Shown: positions 6,861 through 13,822 of the stretch, piece after piece
How positions within the stretch are numbered: position 1 is the stretch's first letter
How the letters are laid out: each line of letters starts with the position of its first letter
NCBI RefSeq assembly: GCF_000422965.1
Contig: NZ_AUHB01000002.1
Coordinates: forward strand, 326,119-350,118
Source of the DNA: Pleomorphomonas oryzae DSM 16300
GTDB lineage: Bacteria; Pseudomonadota; Alphaproteobacteria; Rhizobiales; Pleomorphomonadaceae
Length of the DNA: 24,000 bases
Reading direction: 5' to 3'
Notes under the pieces: generated by a model
Told to the model about the DNA's origin: nothing
Databases searched by the model: none
What the model saw: only the letters and a program-made list of their open reading frames with translations
Program-made: the position numbers and the translations under genes

Positions 6861-8522
6861 TTATTCCCCCACGGTATAAGCCCCGGCCCGTTCCTTCAGC
6901 GACGGGCTCAGGGAATACTCGGTCAGATGCAGCTTGGTCGGCCGAAGCCCGCGCACCTGTAAAATGCTCTGGCGGATGCCCCGGCCCGTCCAGCCTGAAA
7001 GCAGCTCCATCACCTCATCCGGCGTGAGCAGGGGGCGCCCGGTAAGCTCCACGGAGTCGGAAGGTTCTGCGGAAAGATCCCGGTTCCCGGAAAAGGATCG
7101 ATAGGCCACCGTGGTTTGCCCGAGATAGCTTCCCACCAGCCCGCCAGTCATCGGATCGTCGACCCCGAAGAACTGCTTCACGGAGCAATTGAAGAACGGA
7201 CGCCAGGCATCCTGAGGATAATGCTCACGCAGGGCGCCCTCGTCTTGAAGGAAGAACCAGAGGCGCACGCCCGCACCCGCATGGGTGCGAATGGCGTCCC
7301 GGAATTCCGGGTAGGAGCCGAGCGACAGGAATTCATCGAGGACGAAGAGGACGGGGATATCCGGCCGGGTCGGGTTCCGCGTCATCGCGCTCAAGGCGGA
7401 GCGCAGGATGACTTTGAGCCACGGGGCGTAAGGCGTCATGAGATCAAACGGCACATCGAGGTAGACCGTGGCGGGCCGGTCTTTTAGATCCTCGAAATCG
7501 AAATCATGCTGGCTGCATGTCTGGTAGATACCGTCATCGCTCCACAGGGACAGTTTGGCGTTGAGCGTGTCGCGCAAGGTGGGGAGTGCTTTGCCGCGAT
7601 CCTTGCCCAGAACATTGGTGGCCGCTTCCTGAACGCTGGGCATGTCGTCCAGCCCCGCCATGAGGGAGGCCAGAGCCCTGAAGTCATCCAGCGGTGCCGC
7701 CAGAAACCGCCGCACCGTGCCGAGGTGGCGCAGAGGCTCGGGGCACTTTTTCTTCACGTAAAGAATCGTGGCCGTCACGAAGGCCACGGCGTCTTCGATG
7801 AAGAACGCCGATGCACGGGGATCGGCGGGAAACATGAGTTCCGCAAGGGCACGGGCGTCCGATTGGGACCGGACGCGCGCCAGCGGGTTATAGCTGCTCC
7901 GGATAAAGTTCGCCGTTGTGGGGTTGGTGCCGTCATCGAACGGGGCAAGCCGGTAGACGGGGCCGACGTTTTCCCGGCGCCACTTGGACGTGGCCGCGTA
8001 CAGCTCTCCCTTGGGGTCGAGGACAACGGCGCTGCCCTTGTACCGGAGCAGGTTCGGTATGATCGCTGTGACGCCCTTACCCGACCGTGTCGGCGCAAGG
8101 GTGAGCAGATGCCCCTCTTCGTCCCAATGAAAGAAGCGTGGCCCGCTTTGCCCTTGAAAGGTCCCCAGAACGATGGAGCGTGGGTTGTCCAGGGCCTCCC
8201 GTCCCTTGAGTTGGTTCCCAATCTCGCTCTCATCCGCCCACCGGCCCGAGCCGTGGATGGGCGGTGGTGAAGTCAGAAGATCGTCCCGTTCCTTCTGGGC
8301 TTTGCGGGCTCGCTCGGCCCTTTCCAGAACACCCCGGTGGTCTTTGCCTGCCTTGATAGCGTCCACAACGTCTTGAGCTATCTGGGGACCATAAAGGGCA
8401 TCGACCTGGTTCCGGACACGCCTCGCGTGCAGCGTCCGGAAGAACCAGGTGCTCGCTTTGTGATAGTGCTGAAAGTCCCCTAACGTCCGCGACAGGTCGC
8501 CGACCGGATCGAAATCTTTCAT
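6861..8522 (-). CDS. TraG/VirD4-family type IV coupling protein-like ATPase with no N-terminal transmembrane region
   Basis: GSGRWADESEI, Walker A LAPTRSGKGVTAIIPNLL and Walker B PVLFVLDEFLSLG. There is no hydrophobic stretch in the first ~150 aa. Confidence 0.8.
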   Translation of the reverse strand: MKDFDPVGDLSRTLGDFQHYHKASTWFFRTLHARRVRNQVDALYGPQIAQDVVDAIKAGKDHRGVLERAERARKAQKERDDLLTSPPPIHGSGRWADESEIGNQLKGREALDNPRSIVLGTFQGQSGPRFFHWDEEGHLLTLAPTRSGKGVTAIIPNLLRYKGSAVVLDPKGELYAATSKWRRENVGPVYRLAPFDDGTNPTTANFIRSSYNPLARVRSQSDARALAELMFPADPRASAFFIEDAVAFVTATILYVKKKCPEPLRHLGTVRRFLAAPLDDFRALASLMAGLDDMPSVQEAATNVLGKDRGKALPTLRDTLNAKLSLWSDDGIYQTCSQHDFDFEDLKDRPATVYLDVPFDLMTPYAPWLKVILRSALSAMTRNPTRPDIPVLFVLDEFLSLGSYPEFRDAIRTHAGAGVRLWFFLQDEGALREHYPQDAWRPFFNCSVKQFFGVDDPMTGGLVGSYLGQTTVAYRSFSGNRDLSAEPSDSVELTGRPLLTPDEVMELLSGWTGRGIRQSILQVRGLRPTKLHLTEYSLSPSLKERAGAYTVGE

Positions 8523-8639
8523 GGCAGATGCCCCACAGAGGGCAGCCTGCCGCAGTTTTCCAAATGTTAATATTTGTGGCGAATGCGTATCGTCGGTTGA
8601 GTATCTAGTGACTTACCCGCAAGGCATCCGATGCCCTAG

Positions 8640-9557
8640 TCAATATCGCCCGTGCCATGATCTCGCTAGCCGGTCGGAGAGACGCTGCTTGGCGGTGCGA
8701 TCAGCGTCAGGGTCGAACTCATCGTCTTCTTCTTCGAATTCAGGCCATAGCATAAGCAGCGCATAGCCTTCCTGCTGATGAAGAACTTGCTCGTAAAGAG
8801 CGGGCGGGCGCTTGCCCCATTCAGATATGAGCCATTGGTCACTAGAAGCTTCCTCAAGCTGGGATATTGCAGTCAATCCGCGTGTGCGCCAATAAATGCA
8901 AGATCGAGGCACTAAGCCGCCTTGCTCCACGCTAAGACGAGGAGCTTTTAGAGCCCGATAAGACCGCAAGACCTTGCCTTCATGGACAACAATCATGGTG
9001 ATAGGCTCACCATGATACAGCGTATAAGCACGCGCGGCGGCGTCTTTACTAACTTCGAAGTCTTTATGAATCCGGAGGACGGTAGCAATATTGGGGTCAC
9101 CGTAGCGTGAAAGGTAAGGGCGCAGCAGCGGCGGCGGCATGAGCATTAACGCGGCAAACTTGTTTGCCTCCACTTCCATGCGCTCATAAGCGTTCTGCTC
9201 AGCTGCCGACCAGAGTCGCATATCGTCGCGAGAGCAAAGGAAAGCATCGTTCTTCACTGGCCGGTGCATTGGGATGAGGAAGTGCCCGAGTTCATGCCCG
9301 ATGGTGAATCTGCGGCGCCCAGCGCGCGCCAGCTTGTTAACAAGGATGACGCCGCGACTACGGTGGGCATCCATCAATAGGCTACCTTCGAAACCTTCCG
9401 CTTCAAGCTCGCGGATTTCGATAATATCGAGTGCAGCTGCCAGCGCCTCGATCGGCACAGGTGGGGCGAGTCCCGGCTCGGCTTTTAGAATTTTGGTCAC
9501 AAGCCCCTCAGGGGAGCCTGTTCCATCCAAATCGAGCCGGGTTATCTGCATGCTCAC
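8640..9557 (-). CDS. ImmA/IrrE-family metallopeptidase with an extra C-terminal domain (305 aa)
   Basis: FTIGHELGHFLIPMH carries HExxH. A 4-nt overlap with the upstream XRE gene is typical of repressor/antirepressor-protease pairs. Confidence 0.85.
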   Translation of the reverse strand: MSMQITRLDLDGTGSPEGLVTKILKAEPGLAPPVPIEALAAALDIIEIRELEAEGFEGSLLMDAHRSRGVILVNKLARAGRRRFTIGHELGHFLIPMHRPVKNDAFLCSRDDMRLWSAAEQNAYERMEVEANKFAALMLMPPPLLRPYLSRYGDPNIATVLRIHKDFEVSKDAAARAYTLYHGEPITMIVVHEGKVLRSYRALKAPRLSVEQGGLVPRSCIYWRTRGLTAISQLEEASSDQWLISEWGKRPPALYEQVLHQQEGYALLMLWPEFEEEDDEFDPDADRTAKQRLSDRLARSWHGRY

Positions 9558-9874
9558 CCATCCTTGCTTTTTAAGCGCTCGATCATTTGCTGAATGACAT
9601 CCAAGTCTCGACCGGAAAGGTCCTTTAGTTCCCGATACATTCCCAGCACCCGAGACCCTTCCTCTTCCTCTGAGGGATTCTCACCAACGAGATCGATAAC
9701 GGCAACGCCTAGCTTGTTCGCCAGGTTGGTGAGCAGCTCTATCGATGGATTCTTGCTGCGTCCGGTTTCCAGGTCCCAAATATGAGCCTTTGACACTTTC
9801 GTCGCGTCAGCCAGGTCCTGCAGCGACAACTTTTTTTTCATCCGGAACGCTTTGATCCGGTCCGCAAGGGCCAT
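9554..9874 (-). CDS. XRE-family helix-turn-helix transcriptional regulator (106 aa)
   Basis: RIKAFRMKKKLSLQDLADATKVSKAHIWDLETGRSKNPSIELLTNLANKLGV is the canonical Cro/C1-type HTH pattern. Confidence 0.9.
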   Translation of the reverse strand: MALADRIKAFRMKKKLSLQDLADATKVSKAHIWDLETGRSKNPSIELLTNLANKLGVAVIDLVGENPSEEEEGSRVLGMYRELKDLSGRDLDVIQQMIERLKSKDG

Positions 9875-9929
9875 TACCTACCTCTAAGTTGTTGATTATA
9901 AGCGAGGACATTCCCTGTCCATACGAATT

Positions 9930-9976
9930 TGTACCAGAATACTTGACTCCCGGCAATGTACAACTTAATCTGTACG
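9930..9976 (+). promoter_or_regulatory. Candidate sigma70 promoter of the ubiquitin-like operon with TGTAC operator-like repeats
   Basis: TTGACT (9943-9948), a 17-nt spacer, then TAATCT (9966-9971). TGTACC (9930-9935), TGTACA (9957-9962) and TGTACG (9971-9976) lie in the 146-bp divergent region between the XRE gene and the 10021 ATG. Confidence 0.35.
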
Positions 9977-10020
9977 AAAGTGTTTGGTCATCCGAACGCT
10001 GAGTCAAGAAAGGGCCTGCC

Positions 10021-10737
10021 ATGACCATTATCGATACGGCGGAAGGCGATCTCGCCAATGATCGCGACCGGTTCACCGCCCAGATTGCCGACGAGACGTT
10101 TGCGTTTCGCGACTTTCACTTCAACGACCGGAGAGTAACGGGTTCGCAGATTGCCGAAGCGTTCGGCGCATATCCGCTGACCGATTATGTGGTCCTCCAT
10201 CACCTTCCGAACCACCAGCTTGAAACGCTTCGGCCGAATGAGACGGCGGACCTGAAAGACGGCGCCCACCTGTTCGTCATCAGGGGCGACGGTACTGACC
10301 GTTTCTTCGTTGACGGCATCCCTCTCGAATGGCCACGCAAGGCTTTGACAGGCGCTAACATCAAATGGTTGGCCGGAAAGGATGAGGATCTTGAGCTGGT
10401 GCTGGAGCGTCAGGATCAGCCAGACAAGGTTATCGGCGATGATGAAGAAGTCCGCATAGGCAACCCAGGTGTTGAAAAGCTCTACACTCGCCCTGCGCAG
10501 GTCAGCATAACCATTGTCGTCAATACTCGGCCGAAGGTCTGGAACAAGAAGCGGATTAGCTTTGAAGAGCTGGTCGCTATCGCGTTTCCGACGCCGCCTC
10601 CTGGTCAGAATATCGTCTACACGATTGGCTATTTTGACGGCCCTCCGAACCGGCCGGAAGGTTCACTAACCGAAGGGGAATCTGTGCGCGTCCGCGACCA
10701 GATGGTGTTCGATGTCAAATTCACTGATAAGTCTTAA
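10021..10737 (+). CDS. Multiubiquitin-type protein with three tandem beta-grasp-like repeats (238 aa)
   Basis: Three repeats of about 65-75 aa. The second reads FFVDGIPLEWPRKALTGANIKWLAGK...EVRIG. The third reads ITIVVNTRPKVWNKKRISFEELVAIAF...ESVRVRDQMVF. An AAAGGG SD-like element precedes the ATG. Recognised by pattern, not by search. Confidence 0.75.
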   Translation: MTIIDTAEGDLANDRDRFTAQIADETFAFRDFHFNDRRVTGSQIAEAFGAYPLTDYVVLHHLPNHQLETLRPNETADLKDGAHLFVIRGDGTDRFFVDGIPLEWPRKALTGANIKWLAGKDEDLELVLERQDQPDKVIGDDEEVRIGNPGVEKLYTRPAQVSITIVVNTRPKVWNKKRISFEELVAIAFPTPPPGQNIVYTIGYFDGPPNRPEGSLTEGESVRVRDQMVFDVKFTDKS

Positions 10738-11878
10738 CCCCGACCTCCAACAGCTCGTGGCAGAGGGCTACGAGCTTGAGATTGTTGCGGACCATCTTGT
10801 TGTCCGCAACGTCCCCTTCGTCAATGCGGAGCGACAGGTTCGGCGCGGCTCACTTATCTCCGAGCTGAACCAGGCGTCCCGAATACCGGGGACGCACGTC
10901 ATCATGTTTGAGGGTGGCATTCCTTGCAACAAGAGCGGGATGCCTCTCAACCAAATCTTCCTTTCTACGGATCAGCAAAAGATCGCTGAGCGCCTCGTGG
11001 CTGATTGTTCGTTCTCGAGCAAACCCCCGGAGGGCTATCCCAATTATTATTTGAAGGTCACGTCATACGTCGCAATTTTGCAGAACGAAGCGCAGGCAAT
11101 TGACCCAAGCGCTACTGCACGGACTTGGCGCGTTATCCCTAACACAGATGCCGACTCCCCCTTTGAATATCTCGATACCGCGTCCAGTCGTGCAGGCACT
11201 ACCTATGCGAGTCGCAAACTAAAGCAGGAAAATGTTGCTATTGTGGGGCTCGGTGGCACAGGATCCTACGTGCTGGATCTCATCGCCAAGACGCCAGTTC
11301 GCAACATTCATCTCTTCGATGGCGACAAGTTCGGCCAACATAATGCGTTTCGCTCGCCCGGCGCGCCGTCACTGGGGCATCTCCAGACCATCCCTTACAA
11401 GGTGGACCATTGGGCGAGCATCTACAGCAATATGCATCGTGGCATTGTCCCGCACCGCGCCTCAATCGATGCCGAGAATGTCCATTTATTGAATGAAATG
11501 GACTTCGTGTTTGTGTGTGCTGATGCTGGTTCAGCAAAGAGTTCTCTCTTCGCGGAACTGGAGCGCGCGGGTGTTCCTTTTATCGATACGGGCATGGGGC
11601 TGGATCTCGCAGGGGACACGCTGCATGGCATGCTCACCGTTACGCTCAGCACGCCCAACAAGCGGGACCATGTTTCTAAACGCGTATCGTTTGCCGGGGA
11701 TGGCCACGAGAATATTTACGCGAAGAATATCCAGGTTGCGGATCTTAACATGCTCAATGCAGCGCTGGCTGTGGTGAGATATAAGAGGTTTCTCGGTTTC
11801 TACGATGATAAACGGCGTGAGCATTTCATGAATTATGTGATTAGCGGCAACACGCTTATCAGCGAGGATCGGACATGA
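10712..11878 (+). CDS. ThiF/E1-like adenylyltransferase with a ~173-aa N-terminal domain of unassigned (possibly E2-like) function
   Basis: NVAIVGLGGTGSYVLDLIAKT is the Rossmann GxGxxG motif. IHLFDGDKFGQHNAFRSPG is the ThiF-type motif. The N-terminal domain contains THVIMFEGGIPCNKSG. It overlaps the upstream gene by 26 nt. Confidence 0.85.
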   Translation: MSNSLISLNPDLQQLVAEGYELEIVADHLVVRNVPFVNAERQVRRGSLISELNQASRIPGTHVIMFEGGIPCNKSGMPLNQIFLSTDQQKIAERLVADCSFSSKPPEGYPNYYLKVTSYVAILQNEAQAIDPSATARTWRVIPNTDADSPFEYLDTASSRAGTTYASRKLKQENVAIVGLGGTGSYVLDLIAKTPVRNIHLFDGDKFGQHNAFRSPGAPSLGHLQTIPYKVDHWASIYSNMHRGIVPHRASIDAENVHLLNEMDFVFVCADAGSAKSSLFAELERAGVPFIDTGMGLDLAGDTLHGMLTVTLSTPNKRDHVSKRVSFAGDGHENIYAKNIQVADLNMLNAALAVVRYKRFLGFYDDKRREHFMNYVISGNTLISEDRT

Positions 11879-12324
11879 GGCCTCCCGTTATTCTGCGTCA
11901 TGTGTTCGTCGATTCCGTGCCTGAACAGATGGAAGATGGAGTTATCTATGTCTCCATTCGCTACCGTACCGTTATGCACCGGTGTTGTTGCGGATGTGGA
12001 AGCGAGGTGGTCACACCACTAAGTCCGACCGATTGGAAACTCACCTTCGATGGAGTGTCGGTGTCGCTGGACCCGTCAGTTGGTAACTGGAGCCTGAATT
12101 GTCGTTCTCACTACTGGATAAAGAACAACAAAGCGGTTTGGGCTGGCGCTTGGTCGGACGAGAAGGTTGCTGCTGGCAGGGTAAACGATAAGCAGGTCAA
12201 GGAGCGTTATTTTGACCGATCCAGTCCAGCCCAGCCATCAGGGCCTATTGCCGCACCTTCGAAGATGACAAATGGATGGACTGCTCGGATCAGATCTCTT
12301 TTTTCCAAGTTTTTGCGACACTAA
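11875..12324 (+). CDS. DUF6527-like Cys-rich protein (149 aa)
   Basis: ATGA overlap with the E1 gene. HRCCCGCGSEVVTPLSPTDWKL...LDPSVGNWSLNCRSHYWI matches the pattern I recall for DUF6527 proteins found beside multiubiquitin and ThiF genes. Confidence 0.7.
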   Translation: MRPPVILRHVFVDSVPEQMEDGVIYVSIRYRTVMHRCCCGCGSEVVTPLSPTDWKLTFDGVSVSLDPSVGNWSLNCRSHYWIKNNKAVWAGAWSDEKVAAGRVNDKQVKERYFDRSSPAQPSGPIAAPSKMTNGWTARIRSLFSKFLRH

Positions 12325-12338
12325 GAGTGAGAGAAAAT

Positions 12339-12809
12339 ATGGGGGACGGTCATAACTTTAGGCAACTAAAGGAGGCAATTCTCGCCCACAGCCAAGCGCA
12401 AGACTGGGAAATTGCACGCAAGGAATGGAGCCTCGTTCGCGTAGCTACCGCCGATGAGCCGGAGACTTGCCCATGCGGGCATTTCCCGATTCTTGAGATT
12501 TGCACCATTGCTAATCAGATAACTGGACACCGGATCGATGTGGGGAACCGCTGCGTTAAGCGGTTTCTAGGCGTGCGTTCGGATCTGATCTTCGCGGCCA
12601 TTAAGCGCATTCAATCGAATATAGAGAAGAGCCTGAATGGTGATGCCATCGTCTTCTTTCATCAATGTGGTGTTCTAAATAATTGGGAATACAGCTTCCT
12701 TCAGGATACGATGCGACTACGACAGTTAACCCTTGCTCAGAAAGTTAAACGGCAGTCAATCAACGAAAAGGTCATTGCCGCCGTCGCGAAGCGAGGATTC
12801 CATGGATAA
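12339..12809 (+). CDS. Hypothetical protein with a CxCGH...C...C putative metal-binding motif (156 aa)
   Basis: Start moved to ATG 12339 (GAGTGAGAG upstream), 14 nt after the previous stop. The motif is ETCPCGHFPILEICTIANQITGHRIDVGNRCVKRF. Confidence 0.6.
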   Translation: MGDGHNFRQLKEAILAHSQAQDWEIARKEWSLVRVATADEPETCPCGHFPILEICTIANQITGHRIDVGNRCVKRFLGVRSDLIFAAIKRIQSNIEKSLNGDAIVFFHQCGVLNNWEYSFLQDTMRLRQLTLAQKVKRQSINEKVIAAVAKRGFHG

Positions 12810-12826
12810 AAGCTTGAGGGAATGGC

Positions 12827-13279
12827 GTGGAAAAAGTAGTGATCGAGGAAATCTTAACAAAATCCCTATCAGATCTCTATGCCGAGGAGGGGATGCTTTT
12901 CAAACTCGATGTCGCGGAGCGTACTATCTGCGCCCGCTTTGCGGCGATCTTACAGCGATATTTCACCAACCATTCGGTTCACGCTGAATACAATCGGCAT
13001 GGTGTTTATCCGAAAGAAATTGACATGCCGAATGCCGATGGCGTGTTGACCTCCAGCCTGGTGAGTCCGGATATTATCGTTCATTTGCCGGGACACGACC
13101 AGGCAAACATCCTTGTTATTGAAGCGAAAAAGACATCGAACCCTATGTCGGACCTTGCCGATCTTTCGAAGCTGGAGCGGATTAAGCATCAAATTGGGTA
13201 TCAGCATGCGGTTTTTCTGCGGCTACCAATTGGCGACGATGCATTGGCTGAGAACGTTCAGATTAGTTGGGTCAGCTAG
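12827..13279 (+). CDS. PD-(D/E)xK nuclease-fold protein (150 aa)
   Basis: GTG start with GAGGGA 7 nt upstream. E31 (VAERTI), HAEYNR, P81-D82 (SPDIIVH) and E99-A-K101 (LVIEAKK) follow the canonical order and spacing of restriction-endonuclease-like motifs. Confidence 0.65.
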   Translation: MEKVVIEEILTKSLSDLYAEEGMLFKLDVAERTICARFAAILQRYFTNHSVHAEYNRHGVYPKEIDMPNADGVLTSSLVSPDIIVHLPGHDQANILVIEAKKTSNPMSDLADLSKLERIKHQIGYQHAVFLRLPIGDDALAENVQISWVS

Positions 13280-13482
13280 ATTTCATTCTCACTTCCGGTC
13301 ATGCCATACGCCGCCGGCGGAACCGCCGGTTTCAAAGGCTCAAGCGTGAACACGCGAGCCCCTTTTCCTTTAAAGGCTCAGCGGAAGCTGTCCTTGGAGA
13401 CGACAGCAGAACTGCTGTTTTAGAGCGAAACGCCTTCGGAACCGAAGGCTAAGCGGGTGCTTTGGCAAACACCGGTAGCAAA

Positions 13483-13512
13483 CAGCTAAGGCGCCCAACG
13501 GCGCCTTAGCTG
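13483..13512. terminator. Strong GC-rich hairpin between convergent genes (possible bidirectional terminator)
   Basis: CAGCTAAGGCGCC (13483-13495), loop CAAC, GGCGCCTTAGCTG (13500-13512), a 13-bp perfect stem. There is no long T-run on either side. Confidence 0.45.
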
Positions 13513-13519
13513 CTCCTCC

Positions 13520-13822
13520 TCACCACGAAATCACCAGTTCCGGATATTCTCCCGCGCTCAAAGGGCGGCGGATATCCGGCTCGGTGAACGTCGGTCGCCA
13601 GACGTAGTGGAACTCCTCCTCATCAAGCCATTCCTCAAGGGCGCGAGCCGCGTCGGTATCTGACAGGTCGAACGGCAGCTCCTGGACAATGCGGTAATGC
13701 CGATATCCTTGGAACGCGACCTCGTCGATAGCCGTAGCAACGGCTGCCGGGCTGAATATCTTGCCCGCATACTTGTTCCGCAGGTTGGTCGCCATCATGA
13801 AATTTCCCTCGGAGCGTTTCAT
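13520..13822 (-). CDS. Hypothetical acidic protein (100 aa), translationally coupled to the upstream integrase
   Basis: Only the last 100 codons of track ORF 13520..14323 are credible. ATG 13822 overlaps the integrase TGA (ATGA). The sequence begins MKRSEGNFMMATNLRNKYAGK... and contains ...EEWLDEEEFHYVW. Confidence 0.5.
   Translation of the reverse strand: MKRSEGNFMMATNLRNKYAGKIFSPAAVATAIDEVAFQGYRHYRIVQELPFDLSDTDAARALEEWLDEEEFHYVWRPTFTEPDIRRPLSAGEYPELVISW

Noticed and set aside
7506-8270. 254-aa plus-strand ORF, with 7116..7487, 7775..8233 and others
   Set aside because: It lies entirely antisense to or out of frame with the T4CP-like gene, which has clear Walker motifs. It is Arg/Gly/Pro-rich, as expected for spurious frames in GC-rich DNA.
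9831-9838. T8 (A8 on the coding strand) tract as a phase-variation site in the XRE gene
   Set aside because: It simply encodes the Lys-Lys-Lys of RMKKKLSL. That is a common basic stretch before the HTH, and the run is short, so the evidence is insufficient.
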